Below, in pieces: positions 54,564 to 64,000 of a stretch of 64,000 nt of DNA (within the stretch, counting starts at the first letter, position 1; every line of letters starts with the position of its first letter). The position numbers and the translations under genes were made by a program. The notes beneath the pieces are model-generated. The model was not told the origin of the DNA and made no database searches. It was given only the letters and a program-made list of their open reading frames with translations. Origin of the DNA: an uncultured Candidatus Micrarchaeota archaeon (GTDB lineage: Archaea > Micrarchaeota > Micrarchaeia > Anstonellales > Bilamarchaeaceae); NCBI GenBank assembly GCA_903835385.1, contig CAILMQ010000015.1:1252-65251 (forward strand), given 5' to 3'.

Positions 54564-55127
54564 ATGAAAATCAAGCTCACACCGGAGCTTTCCTACATAA
54601 TCGGATTCTGGCGCAAGAGGCGCACTTTCGAGGGCATCGGCATAAAGGGCGACGGGCAGCACCTGGAGGTCTTCACCAAGGAGGTGCTGGACAGGGGGCT
54701 AACCACTTCGGACAAGCTGCTATCCGAGGGCGAGAGGGTCTGGTTCTTCCACAGCGCGTATCGGAGATTCTTCCAGGATATAGAAAAGGAGCAGCTGGAG
54801 AGGTTCAGGTACCTGAACGAGTACGCGGCCAACTATCTCGGAGGGACGTTCGACTCGGTGGGCGGCATAGACGAGCGGGGCATCGTCTACCTTGAGAGGG
54901 CGAACAAGCAGGACGAGATGCTGCTAATCCGGCTCGGTTTCGGCTCCCGCTGGCAGAAGGAGCGGCTCGCCGTAGAGAAGCCCAAGGCGTTCCTGACCTT
55001 CATAAAGAATTACGTCAAGATTTTCGCGGGGCATAAGATTTTCGATTACCTCAAGAAAAACAGCGGGAAAAAGAGGAAACGAAAAACGGGCGCCAGTGGA
55101 GCGGATGCGCCGCCAGCAACCAATTAA
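54564..55127 (+). CDS. hypothetical protein, possibly a degenerate double LAGLIDADG fold with a basic tail
   Basis: 187 aa. ELSYIIGFWRKRRT and AANYLGGTFDSVGGID sit where LAGLIDADG helices would lie. The first lacks the acidic residues. C-terminal KKRKRK. Confidence 0.4.
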   Translation: MKIKLTPELSYIIGFWRKRRTFEGIGIKGDGQHLEVFTKEVLDRGLTTSDKLLSEGERVWFFHSAYRRFFQDIEKEQLERFRYLNEYAANYLGGTFDSVGGIDERGIVYLERANKQDEMLLIRLGFGSRWQKERLAVEKPKAFLTFIKNYVKIFAGHKIFDYLKKNSGKKRKRKTGASGADAPPATN

Positions 55128-55182
55128 AACTCACTACTATATTATTCCCCCGCCATTTGGGGCATTTGCGGGTGCATTTGTT

Positions 55183-57066
55183 ATGAGGATACTCACTGTC
55201 CACGCCGACTACATGGAAATCGAGCCGCTCACCAAGGCGATAAAATCAGCGGAGCAGATAGAAAAGGGGAAACGGCGCTATGACGAGGTGCTCGTGGTCT
55301 TCACTGCCGTCGAAAAAGGCGACGAGAACGTCGGCGCCATGGCCCAGAAGCTGGCAAAGGAAGCCGAGGCGGTCGCGAAGCAGGTGAAAGTGAACAACGT
55401 GCTGCTCTATCCGCTCGTCCACCTTACGTCAAACCCATCGGACCCCGCCACCGCGCAGAAGGTGATGGAAAAGGCCGAGGAACTGCTCAAGAACAGGGAG
55501 TACAAGGCGGCGCACGCGCCGTTCGGATGGTACAAGGGCTACACGCTCAAATGCAAGGGCCACCCGCTGAGCGAGCTGAGCCGGGAGCTCAAAGCGTCCG
55601 GAGACGACGGCGAGATAAGGGAGGAAGGCGGCAGGAAACCCGGCGAAGTGGTGTCCGAGAGCCTGAAAGCCGAGGAAAAGATGAAGAACAGGTTCTATAT
55701 AATGGACCTGGACGGAAAGCTCTCAGACCCGGAGACTTTCGATTACGGCAGCCACGAAGGCCTGAAAAAGTTCGCGCAGTACGAGACCAAGAAGGTGCGC
55801 GCCTACGAAAAGGAGCCGCCGCACATAAAGATAATGAAGGCCCACTCGCTCATAGACTACGAGCCCGGCTCCGACTCCGGAAACTTCAGGTTCCTGCCCA
55901 AGGGCAGGCTGATAAAGAAGCTGCTGGAAAACGCCATAACCGACTACTGCGTGGGATGCGGCGCCATGGAAGTGGAGACGCCCATCATGTACGACATGGC
56001 GCACCCGACCCTGAAGAAATACCTGGACCGCTTCCCCGCCAGGCAGTACACGGTGCTGAGCGACGACAAGAGGCTGTTCCTGAGGTTCGCCGCGTGCTTC
56101 GGCCAGTTCCTCATAGCCCATGACCTGGTGATTTCCCACAGGCACCTGCCGCTGAAGATGTTCGAGCTCACGAAATACTCATTCAGAAGGGAACAGGGCG
56201 GCGAGCTCGCGGGCCTCAAGCGGCTCCGGGCGTTCACCATGCCGGACATGCACACCTTCACGATTGATATGGAGGCTGCGAAGGCCGAGTTCTGGAAGCA
56301 GCTGGAGATGAGCCTGCAATGGAACCAGGGCCTGGACCTGGAGACCGAGGTCGGGTTCAGGATACTGGAGGAATTCTACGAGAAGAACAAGGACTGGTAC
56401 CTGGGCATGGTGAAGAAGGTGGGCAAGCCGGTGCTGGTGGAGATGTTCAGCGAGCGGTACGCGTATTTCATCACGAAGTTCGAGTTCAACTTCGTGGACT
56501 CCATGCACAAGGCGAGCGCGCTGTCCACGGTGCAGATAGACGTGGAGAACGCGGACACCTACGACATCAGCTACGTTGATGACAAGGGCGAGAAGAAGAG
56601 GCCCCTCATACTCCACGCGTCGCTGAGCGGCTCGCTCGAGCGCGTGATATACGCGCTGCTGGAAAGGGAGGCCATGAGGATAGAGCAGGGGAAAAAGCCG
56701 GTGCTGCCCATATGGCTCGCTCCCACGCAGCTGCGGCTCATACCCGTCAGCGACGGGCAGAAGGATTATTGCGAAAAGCTGCTGGAGCAGCTCCGGGGAA
56801 AGCGCGTGCGCATAGACCTGGATGAGCGGAACGAGACCCTGGGCAAGAAAATCAGGGACGCGGAACACGAGTGGGTGCCCTACATCGCGGTCATAGGCGA
56901 AAACGAGATAAAGTCCGGAATGCTCAACGTGCGGGTGCGCACGACCGGCGAGAAGAAGGATTACAAATTCGAAGAGCTTGTTGCGGAGGTGGAGAAAACT
57001 TCCAACAACCAGCCCTTCGAATTGCTCTCCCTGAGCCCCTACATGTCCAAAAGGCCAGTGATATAG
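55183..57066 (+). CDS. thrS: threonyl-tRNA synthetase, archaeal type with N-terminal editing domain
   Basis: From Met 55183: MRILTVHADYMEIEP (archaeal editing domain). Class II motif 2 FRREQGGELAGLKRLRAFTMPDMH. C-terminal anticodon-binding domain. Confidence 0.9.
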   Translation: MRILTVHADYMEIEPLTKAIKSAEQIEKGKRRYDEVLVVFTAVEKGDENVGAMAQKLAKEAEAVAKQVKVNNVLLYPLVHLTSNPSDPATAQKVMEKAEELLKNREYKAAHAPFGWYKGYTLKCKGHPLSELSRELKASGDDGEIREEGGRKPGEVVSESLKAEEKMKNRFYIMDLDGKLSDPETFDYGSHEGLKKFAQYETKKVRAYEKEPPHIKIMKAHSLIDYEPGSDSGNFRFLPKGRLIKKLLENAITDYCVGCGAMEVETPIMYDMAHPTLKKYLDRFPARQYTVLSDDKRLFLRFAACFGQFLIAHDLVISHRHLPLKMFELTKYSFRREQGGELAGLKRLRAFTMPDMHTFTIDMEAAKAEFWKQLEMSLQWNQGLDLETEVGFRILEEFYEKNKDWYLGMVKKVGKPVLVEMFSERYAYFITKFEFNFVDSMHKASALSTVQIDVENADTYDISYVDDKGEKKRPLILHASLSGSLERVIYALLEREAMRIEQGKKPVLPIWLAPTQLRLIPVSDGQKDYCEKLLEQLRGKRVRIDLDERNETLGKKIRDAEHEWVPYIAVIGENEIKSGMLNVRVRTTGEKKDYKFEELVAEVEKTSNNQPFELLSLSPYMSKRPVI

Positions 57067-57153
57067 ATGCATGGCCCCTTGGCAGCCGCAAGGGTCGGCG
57101 CCGCGTCCGGGAAAGAAGCCCGTCGCCGCGAATTCCCCACGCCTGCCAGGGCC

Positions 57154-58998
57154 ATGGAGACCTACCAGGTGCTCGGGAGGACGCTCACCACTTTCGTGTC
57201 CCGGGGCATGACAAAGGAGCAGTCGTTCATCAAGGCCGTGGAGGAGGCGGGCGGCAGGGTGTTCAGGAAATTCTATTCCCAGTTCAACAAATACGAGATA
57301 ACCGCCATCGTGTTCCAGGACGCCGCGCTGGTCAAGAACGACCCGGAGCACATCGCTTCGCAGGATTTTTCCTTCTTCGGAAAGGGCGCGGAACGCATAA
57401 GGCGCATGGCGCTGAAAGAAGCGAGGAAATCAAAGGGCGGCGTGCATTTTTTTGAAGACGGGGCGGGCATACCGATCCAAAAAGGCAAGGGCGGCGACCT
57501 GGTTTTCCTGAGCCCTGACGAGATGCTGGCCGGCGGAGGAAGGGCCATGAATGTCCGGGTGGTGGACACGAACATAGACCCGAAAACGCTCGATGAATTC
57601 AGGGAAGGCGCGCGGGCGCTGCGCGAGGGGGACCGTGCAACCCTCGAAAGAATGACGAGGGCCGCGGGGGCGCACTCCCAGTCAAGGGAAAGGAGCATAG
57701 ATCCGCTGGCGACTTACACGCTGCTGGATGCGAGAACCGGCGAGGAGATGGGCGCGGCGGCCGCCAATTCAAAGCTCGGCCACACGCTCCGGGTTGCGCG
57801 CGAGGATGTTTTCGTCCCGGAGAACTTCCTCATCAGCAGGTTCATTGCAGACGCCGCGCGATTAGCGCCTCAGCGCACGGAAAGGGCGGCATGGGAGATG
57901 CTCTACGTCCTTCCAAAGCCTCCGGACGACGATTCGGACGGGCGTTTCGCAATGAAGGTGTACAGCGTGTGCAGGTTCGGGCAGGCTTCGCAGGAAGATG
58001 CGCATGGGGCTCCGATTGAACAATGGAAAGCGAATGCACGGGAGTCCGTAAGCCATATGGCGCTTTTCGATGCGTTCCCCCAAACCCAGGTTCCAGCAAA
58101 GGAGCGCGTCGCCGGAGCCCCGGCTGCGCAGAACCCGCAGGCAATGATGTTCGACGGGTTCGCTCCGCTGCCCAAGCCCGCGGCATCCGGGGTTCCAGGA
58201 CCGTCCGTGACGGCAATGGAAAAACCTGAAACGAAAAGGGCGCCCGCTCCAGCAGAAACCCCGCAGGCCATGACCCGCGCACGCTTCGAAAGGCACGCGA
58301 TTGTCCCGAAAGCGGAGGCAATAATCCCGGCGCATAAGACGGTGCTTGCGAATGCAGGCAACGCAGAGCGAAAACCGCTCAGGCGCAAAATGCCGGAACA
58401 GCCGGTTGAATACGGGCCAGGCGGGATGAAAAATGAAACAATGCCGCTCCCGTCCCGGCGGCCGAGAAGAAGGAAGAGGAAACCTGAAGAAAAACTGATG
58501 GAACGCCGCCCGGCTGCCCTTGTTCCAGGCAATCAGAGTCCAAGGAAGATTCAGGAAAAGAAAAAGGGCAATGAAAAAATACGCAAAACGCCGAATGGAA
58601 AATCCAGGACTCCGGGAGCGGCAACACAAAATCCGAAAAAACCAGCATCGCCAAAACAAACAAAATCTAATCGTCCGAATCGCGCCGCAAAGCGCCCGGA
58701 ACAGGGATTGGGAACGAAACCGCAGGCGCCGAGGAAACAAAGCAGGCACAAAAACAAAACCGCAATCCCGCAAACAAAGGAAAAGAAAACCGGGACACCG
58801 GTTCAAGCAAGTGAAAAGAAGGCGAAACTGCCGGAAACCTGGAAAAGGCGAGATGGCAGGGAAACGGGGAAAATGCGGCAAAGGAAAATGCCGGAATCAA
58901 GGAACACGCGCGCGCTGCAGGAGCTTCTTCCCTTGTTCACTTCGCGAAAAACCAGGGCAGCAGGTTCATCAGGAAGGCGGCGAGCGTCAGGAGCATGA
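57154..58998 (+). CDS. hypothetical protein with ~200-aa extremely basic Lys/Arg/Pro-rich C-terminal tail
   Basis: ORF 57067..58998. Met 57154 (METYQVLGRT) is the plausible start. The last ~60 nt overlap the convergent S2P gene. Confidence 0.45.
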   Translation: METYQVLGRTLTTFVSRGMTKEQSFIKAVEEAGGRVFRKFYSQFNKYEITAIVFQDAALVKNDPEHIASQDFSFFGKGAERIRRMALKEARKSKGGVHFFEDGAGIPIQKGKGGDLVFLSPDEMLAGGGRAMNVRVVDTNIDPKTLDEFREGARALREGDRATLERMTRAAGAHSQSRERSIDPLATYTLLDARTGEEMGAAAANSKLGHTLRVAREDVFVPENFLISRFIADAARLAPQRTERAAWEMLYVLPKPPDDDSDGRFAMKVYSVCRFGQASQEDAHGAPIEQWKANARESVSHMALFDAFPQTQVPAKERVAGAPAAQNPQAMMFDGFAPLPKPAASGVPGPSVTAMEKPETKRAPAPAETPQAMTRARFERHAIVPKAEAIIPAHKTVLANAGNAERKPLRRKMPEQPVEYGPGGMKNETMPLPSRRPRRRKRKPEEKLMERRPAALVPGNQSPRKIQEKKKGNEKIRKTPNGKSRTPGAATQNPKKPASPKQTKSNRPNRAAKRPEQGLGTKPQAPRKQSRHKNKTAIPQTKEKKTGTPVQASEKKAKLPETWKRRDGRETGKMRQRKMPESRNTRALQELLPLFTSRKTRAAGSSGRRRASGA

Positions 58999-60094
58999 GC
59001 GCCTTCACAAAAAGCTTGTTCTTCATGTTCACGTCTATTATCCTGTAGCCGTCAAAGAAAGGCAGGGGCAGCAGGTTGACGGACCCGATTATGAAATTCA
59101 GGGCGAACGCCATGCCGAGCACCAGGAAAATTGACAGGGCAATTGATGGCGAGCCCAGCGACAGCACGACGCCCAGGTTTTTGAGTATTATCGCGTAGAG
59201 CATGAACACCACGAAGAAGAACAGGGATGCCATGAGATTTGCCGTAGAGCCGGCCACGAGCACGCGGGTCTGGGCGACCTTTTCCGCCCTTGCCAGCCTG
59301 CCTTCGTCCGGCTCCACGAACGCGCCTATTGGGATGACGCCGAAGAGCACGACTCCGGTGGAAAGCAGCGGGACGCGCGCGAGCCTGCCGAGTATGGCAT
59401 GGGCGTACTCGTGCACCGCCATTATTATCACGAGCGCGGCTATTCCCTCGAAGAACGGGAGGTTCACGCCCGGCAGGAGCATTGTCGCGCCCGGGCTGGT
59501 CGATGCCATGGCATTGGTGCCGGAAAGTATGGTGCTCGCGAGCGCGGAGAGCACGACCAGCCCGTAGAAAAGCAATCCCGCCAGGAGGAGCAGGAAGAAG
59601 CCGCCCAGCAGGAGCGCGATTGTCGCCACCAGGGAAATCATGGACGAGGGCGACGTGCCGAGCTGCTGCTTCGCCTTTTCCATCACGCTCAGCTTGAGCA
59701 CCTGGGTGAGGAACGGCAGTATGGAAGGTGACACGAAGAAAGCGACCAGGAGAAGGAGGCACATGCCGCAAACCACGGATTTGAAGGACACGTTGCCCCT
59801 CATAAGCGGGATGCTGAGCAGGCCGTAGGACATCGTGGCCCCGGTGTCAGAAAAGAATTTCCAGAAGCCGGCGTTTTTCGCCAGGCCGTCTATGACCGCA
59901 AGCCCCTTCCTGGACCTGAGCATTATCAGGCCCCACTCGCCGTCCAGCCCGAACCTGCTGATGAGCAGCTGGCCTGTTGCGAACATCTCGGCGGCGCAGA
60001 GCGCGAACTTCCAGAGCCCGGGCAGGGGAAGCTGCAGTATCACGTAGAAAAGCGCGAATGCGAGTATTACCACTAAGAGCAGGAGCTTATTCAT
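58937..60094 (-). CDS. site-2 protease family (M50) intramembrane zinc metalloprotease
   Basis: 385 aa, polytopic. HEYAHAILG (HExxH) and NLLPLPFFDGYRI (NxxPxxxxDG). Confidence 0.8.
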   Translation of the reverse strand: MNKLLLLVVILAFALFYVILQLPLPGLWKFALCAAEMFATGQLLISRFGLDGEWGLIMLRSRKGLAVIDGLAKNAGFWKFFSDTGATMSYGLLSIPLMRGNVSFKSVVCGMCLLLLVAFFVSPSILPFLTQVLKLSVMEKAKQQLGTSPSSMISLVATIALLLGGFFLLLLAGLLFYGLVVLSALASTILSGTNAMASTSPGATMLLPGVNLPFFEGIAALVIIMAVHEYAHAILGRLARVPLLSTGVVLFGVIPIGAFVEPDEGRLARAEKVAQTRVLVAGSTANLMASLFFFVVFMLYAIILKNLGVVLSLGSPSIALSIFLVLGMAFALNFIIGSVNLLPLPFFDGYRIIDVNMKNKLFVKALMLLTLAAFLMNLLPWFFAK

Positions 60095-60147
60095 GGTTAC
60101 CGCTTACTCCGAGGGGGTTTAAATAAATTTGGAATTAATAAGGCGTC

Positions 60148-60636
60148 ATGAAACTCAGCTGTGACATCTGCGGCAGGCCCGATGCCAGGGCGGTCATACT
60201 GATAGAAGGGGCGAAGATGGTAGCCTGCGGGGGCTGCATGCGCAATGGCAAGGTCCTCTACAGGCTTGACGAGGGCGTGGAGGAGGAGGTGGACCTCCGC
60301 TCGCTCCCGGCAAGGAAAAGCCCGATGGACGAGGGCGAGGAGCTCATCGACGGCTACGGGAACCTCATAAAGAAGGCGAGGGACCGCATCGGGGTCAGGC
60401 TCTCGGTGATAGCGGAGAAGATAAGCGAGAGGGAAAGCTACCTGGACGCCATAGAGAACGGAAGGATGAAGCCCACCATTACTGTCGCGAAAAAGCTCGA
60501 GCGGGAACTGGGAATAAAGCTTGTCGAGAAGGCATCGGAGGAGACCGTCTCGTCCTCGGACAGGCCGTCGGGGAGATTCAGCGAGCCGACGCTGGGCGAC
60601 GTGATTGTGGAAGCCAAAAAGAAGAAAGGGAAATGA
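60148..60636 (+). CDS. mbf1: archaeal MBF1-type transcription cofactor (zinc ribbon + XRE-type HTH)
   Basis: 162 aa. CDICG...CGGC ribbon, then IKKARDRIGVRLSVIAEKISERESYLDAIENGRMKPTITVAKKLEREL. Confidence 0.8.
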   Translation: MKLSCDICGRPDARAVILIEGAKMVACGGCMRNGKVLYRLDEGVEEEVDLRSLPARKSPMDEGEELIDGYGNLIKKARDRIGVRLSVIAEKISERESYLDAIENGRMKPTITVAKKLERELGIKLVEKASEETVSSSDRPSGRFSEPTLGDVIVEAKKKKGK

Positions 60637-61680
60637 ATGGGCGTAGACCTCGGCGACCTCTGCGTAAAACGCGCCATAACGCTGGAATCGCTATCCGGCA
60701 GGGTCATTGCCATAGACGCATTCAACGTGCTCTACCAGTTCCTCGCGTCCATAAGGCAGGAGGACGGGACGCCGCTCATGGATTTCAAGGGCAGGACCAC
60801 CGCCCACCTCTCCGGGCTTTTTTACAGGACGTCAAAACTCATACAGAACGGCATCCGGCCAGTCTATGTGTTTGACGGCATGCCGAGCGCGCTCAAGGAA
60901 AAGACCAGGGAGGCGCGCACTGAAGTGAAGCGCAAGGCCGAGGAAAAGTGGAAGCAGGCGCTCAGCGAGGAAAGGTTCGAGGACGCGAAAAAATACGCGG
61001 CCGCGACGTCCAGGCTGACAGGTGGCATGGTGGAGGAGAGCAAAACCCTGCTTTCCGGCATGGGCATACCCTGGATACAGGCGCCGGGCGAGGGCGAGGC
61101 GCAGGCCGCCATGATGGTGCAGAAAGGGCAGGCATACGCGGTCGGTTCCCAGGATTTCGACGCCCTGCTTTTCGGCGCGCCGGTGCTGGTGCGCAACCTT
61201 TCCATAACCGGCAGAAGGAAGGTTCCCAGGCAGGACAGGTATGTCATGGTGGAGCCGGAGGAGATAGTCCTGAGGGATACCCTCAACTCGCTGCAAATGA
61301 CACGCGAGAAGCTCGTTTGGATAGGCATTCTTCTCGGCACTGATTTCAACGAGGGCGTGCCGCGTGTGGGGCCCAAGACCGCGCTGAAGATAATGAAGGA
61401 AGTCGATAGCCTGGACGCGCTCCGGGCGTACGTCAAGACGAAATATGATTACGAATTCGAGGTGGAGCCTGAGCGCGTGATGGAGCTTTTCCTGAGGCCG
61501 TCCTATGTGGAGGTCGCGGAAAACCCGAAATGGGGCGCCATAAACGACTCCGAAGTGACAAGGATAATGGTTGACGAGCACGATTTCGCGCGCGAACGCG
61601 TGGAAAAGATACTATCCGACATAAAGCTCTCGTTTCGGGAAAAGGGCGCGCAGAAGAAGCTCGGGGACTGGTTTGAGTAA
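60637..61680 (+). CDS. fen: flap endonuclease 1
   Basis: 347 aa. MGVDLGDL, IAIDAFNVLYQFL, VYVFDG, APGEGEAQAA, SQDFDALLFGAP, C-terminal PCNA-interaction-like KKLGDWFE. Confidence 0.92.
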   Translation: MGVDLGDLCVKRAITLESLSGRVIAIDAFNVLYQFLASIRQEDGTPLMDFKGRTTAHLSGLFYRTSKLIQNGIRPVYVFDGMPSALKEKTREARTEVKRKAEEKWKQALSEERFEDAKKYAAATSRLTGGMVEESKTLLSGMGIPWIQAPGEGEAQAAMMVQKGQAYAVGSQDFDALLFGAPVLVRNLSITGRRKVPRQDRYVMVEPEEIVLRDTLNSLQMTREKLVWIGILLGTDFNEGVPRVGPKTALKIMKEVDSLDALRAYVKTKYDYEFEVEPERVMELFLRPSYVEVAENPKWGAINDSEVTRIMVDEHDFARERVEKILSDIKLSFREKGAQKKLGDWFE

Positions 61681-61794
61681 ATTACAGAAGTCAGGCACCG
61701 ATTGACTTTCGGAGCATGGGCCAAATTTAAGACGACGAACAATTGGAATACAGGAAGAAAACAACGAATTACCGCACGAATGGGAAAACAGAAG

Positions 61795-62397
61795 TCAGCG
61801 CCCAGACAGGTCTATGCCCGAGACTCCCTGCCTTATTATTTTCTTTTCCACCAGGTCCACCACCGCCGAGGGGCCGTGGTATTTCGTGACGCCGTCGTCT
61901 ATTGCCAGGTCCACGGAGCCCAGTATCTTCGGGTCCACCTCATCGAACCTGGTGGGCGCGCTCTTGCCCGAAGGGTTCGCCGAAGTGGATATCACGGGCA
62001 GGTCCGCGATGCCGGCCAGCATGTGGGCGAAGGAGTAGTCCGGGATGCGCACGCCGAGCTTTCCTTCGGATGCCACCGGGATTTCGGTTTTCGTCCTGAG
62101 CAGGAACGTGAACGGGCCGGGCAGGTTCTTGTTCAGCACCTCGCGCTGCCATTCGTCCACCTCGCAGTAGCGCTCTATCATGACGATGTCCGACATGGTC
62201 ACGGACATGGGCTTGTTCGGCTCGCTGCCTTTTATCTGCAGTATCCGCTCCGCGACCTTTTGCGATAGCGCGTTGCCGCCCAGGCCGTAGAGCGTGTCTG
62301 TCGGGTAGAGTATCACTCCGCCGGCCCGCACCACCTCTGCCGCTTTCTGTAGCGCGCCCCTGTAATGGTGCCTGCTTATGCGTATTGTCTCGACCAT
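61795..62397 (-). CDS. tsaC: L-threonylcarbamoyladenylate synthase (YrdC/Sua5 family, YrdC domain only)
   Basis: 200 aa. ILYPTDTLYGLGGNA, KGSEPNKPMSV, LPGPFTFLL, STSANPSG. Confidence 0.85.
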   Translation of the reverse strand: MVETIRISRHHYRGALQKAAEVVRAGGVILYPTDTLYGLGGNALSQKVAERILQIKGSEPNKPMSVTMSDIVMIERYCEVDEWQREVLNKNLPGPFTFLLRTKTEIPVASEGKLGVRIPDYSFAHMLAGIADLPVISTSANPSGKSAPTRFDEVDPKILGSVDLAIDDGVTKYHGPSAVVDLVEKKIIRQGVSGIDLSGR

Positions 62398-62450
62398 GTT
62401 ACCGGAATATACTCCCCTCCACCATTTTTAATCTTTTACGTCGTTCTATC

Positions 62451-63038
62451 ATGATGAGCGACCAACCAGCCCCAGAGAAAGCATTGGGGGAGAAGGAGCG
62501 TTTCTGGCTCCAGAAATGCATAGAGGCATTCAGGGCCGAGGATTACGACTCGCTGCTCAGGAACGCGCTGGAGCTGGAAAAGGCTGGCGGCGACCCGGCC
62601 ACTTCCGCCATGTACGTCGGCATAGCCTACTACCACAGGGGCATGTTCAGCGAGGCGAGAAAGACGTTCTATGCCATATATCTCCGCCAGCTCACCAAGG
62701 AGAAGCATGTGGACGCCAATGTCATGTTCTACCTTGCCATGTGCGACCTTTATCTGGGGCGGCTGGACAGCGCCATCCAGATACTCAAGAAGCTGGAGGC
62801 CAAGTTCCCGGAGAACACGGATTACAAGATGATGCTCTACCTGGCGTTCTACATGAATGGCGAGCCGGAAAACGGGAATTTCGAGCTCGCCGGGGCCTTT
62901 GCCGTGGACCCGAAAAAGGCCGGTGAGACGCTGGAGAACATGATGCTTAAGGCCCTGGAGCACGGGAAGCTGAGCGGCACGTCGAAGGTGCTCATCATGG
63001 GGCTGCTGAAGAAGCTGAAGGCCGGCGAGCCCGGCTAA
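62451..63038 (+). CDS. TPR-like repeat protein
   Basis: From MMSDQPAPE. Helical repeats with TPR-like spacing (AMYVGIAYYHRGMFSEARKTF, VMFYLAMCDLYLGRLDSAIQILKKL). Confidence 0.45.
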   Translation: MMSDQPAPEKALGEKERFWLQKCIEAFRAEDYDSLLRNALELEKAGGDPATSAMYVGIAYYHRGMFSEARKTFYAIYLRQLTKEKHVDANVMFYLAMCDLYLGRLDSAIQILKKLEAKFPENTDYKMMLYLAFYMNGEPENGNFELAGAFAVDPKKAGETLENMMLKALEHGKLSGTSKVLIMGLLKKLKAGEPG

Positions 63039-63724
63039 TGCCTCAGCGGCGCCTGTTTCTGCGGCTGGCCCTCCTGGACCGCCTTTTCTATGGACTGCAC
63101 CGTGATGCGGTACAGCTCTTTCTCGTTGGCGCCTAAGCTGGGGACGTCCTGCAGCCTCCGCAGCGTGGGTATCAATTCTGACGCCTTTATCAGCGGAGCG
63201 ATTATGGTGGATACGGTCACGCTATTGTCTATGTTCCCTTGTCCCCTCAGGAAAACCGAGTTCATCCTCGCTATGACGGATTTCCTGAACACGGGATCCT
63301 CGTCCGCGAATTTGACCAGCAGCCCGGAGCACGTCATCAGGATGCCTTGCTCGAATCCTTTCATGGCGGCGCGCTCGAAGAAATAATCCTTGAAATTCCC
63401 CTTGAAATTGCCGAAGAACGCCTTTCCGGCAGCCCGGTTCATCTTCTGGTCCTCGCTGAGTTCCGTGAATTGGTTCGCCCTGAAAAGTTTCTCGGCCGTG
63501 ATCGTGAAAATTATGGCGGCGGCCTTGGGGTCCTTCATCACCGCATCCTGCTGGCTTTTGGCAAATTCCTCGGCAATGGCGACTTTGTCGTCCTTGTCCT
63601 TCGCGTCCGTTATCCTACGCGGATACACCACGACCTCGGCGTATTTCGCGTCCACCAACCTCAGCTCGGCCGTGGTGTAATTGTTCTTATTATACTTTGT
63701 TTCCGGGTCTGCCATACCAATCAC
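63035..63724 (-). CDS. hypothetical protein (229 aa)
   Basis: ORF with coding-like composition, directly downstream of 63724..63963. No motif recognised. Confidence 0.45.
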   Translation of the reverse strand: MIGMADPETKYNKNNYTTAELRLVDAKYAEVVVYPRRITDAKDKDDKVAIAEEFAKSQQDAVMKDPKAAAIIFTITAEKLFRANQFTELSEDQKMNRAAGKAFFGNFKGNFKDYFFERAAMKGFEQGILMTCSGLLVKFADEDPVFRKSVIARMNSVFLRGQGNIDNSVTVSTIIAPLIKASELIPTLRRLQDVPSLGANEKELYRITVQSIEKAVQEGQPQKQAPLRH

Positions 63725-63963
63725 TACTCAAAGCTGTTCGCTTCAGATGCAACCTGCTCGGTTCCTTTTTCATGGTTCCCCTCGATACCATGTGCCGCGG
63801 TTTTCGCAACTTTCGCGCTCTTTCCGATAACCTCGGCGGTTTTTTCTGCCTTTCCGACAACCTCGGCGGTTTTTTCCATGGAGCGCGCCGCGGACGTGAT
63901 GCTCTCGAGTGTCGTCGCGCCCTCCTCTGCGGCCATTGCGACGCGCCCTCCCATGCCGACCAC
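63724..63963 (-). CDS. small hypothetical protein with 10-aa tandem repeat (KTAEV.GK..), possibly extending beyond the window
   Basis: 30-nt tandem duplication at 63821-63850 and 63851-63880. Near the window edge, so the start is not secure. Confidence 0.35.
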   Translation of the reverse strand: MVGMGGRVAMAAEEGATTLESITSAARSMEKTAEVVGKAEKTAEVIGKSAKVAKTAAHGIEGNHEKGTEQVASEANSFE

Positions 63964-64000
63964 CGCGCCGACCGTGCCGGTCGCAGCAGTCGCTTCTACC

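Noticed and set aside
56179-57351. Long antisense ORFs inside real genes (for example 390 aa opposite thrS, 379 aa at 42075-43214, 355 aa at 33365-34432, 343 aa at 25023-26054, 557 aa at 39043-40716, 339 aa at 57862-58881)
   Set aside because: These are typical high-GC shadow ORFs. Their translations are Arg/Gly/Pro/His-rich with no motifs, while the opposite strand or alternate frame carries strongly recognisable proteins.

Overview
High-GC (~60%) archaeal chromosomal segment. Archaeal hallmarks: thermosome, SRP54, FEN-1, MBF1, PurP, aCPSF-type beta-CASP RNase, archaeal-type ThrRS, an RNase P RNA candidate, GAGGTGA-type Shine-Dalgarno sites and poly-T terminators. About 60 protein genes are supportable. 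They cover housekeeping and metabolism (purP, purM, aroD, uppS, thrS, tsaC, hppA, a GS-like gene, PGM/PMM, a GlmU-like gene, MTHFS, HAD hydrolases, DRG GTPase, an S2P protease), several very large surface proteins, and many ORFans. Three tRNA genes are present. Val(UAC) is uninterrupted. Phe(GAA) only folds after removing three intervening sequences, and Leu(CAG) after removing at least two. Main findings: (1) the uppS reading frame is split exactly inside its catalytic DGNRRWA motif by a 41-nt, frame-breaking insert flanked by a bulge-helix-bulge-like fold, so it is a candidate protein-coding BHB intron; (2) a co-directional operon of three large unannotatable proteins (about 1044-1108, 664 and 1005 aa) ends in a secreted Cys-rich Ig-like repeat protein; (3) a HypC-HydE fusion sits next to HydG with no hydrogenase in the window; (4) a ~200-nt array of perfect short hairpins lies in a convergent intergenic region; (5) two conserved genes have N-terminal domains upstream of any ATG/GTG/TTG but at standard spacing from a strong SD, implying CTG and ATC starts; (6) a low-GC LAGLIDADG endonuclease gene is wedged between the RNase P RNA candidate and the three-intron tRNA-Phe. 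All domain calls come from reading the translations and recalling motifs. No searches or folding programs were run.
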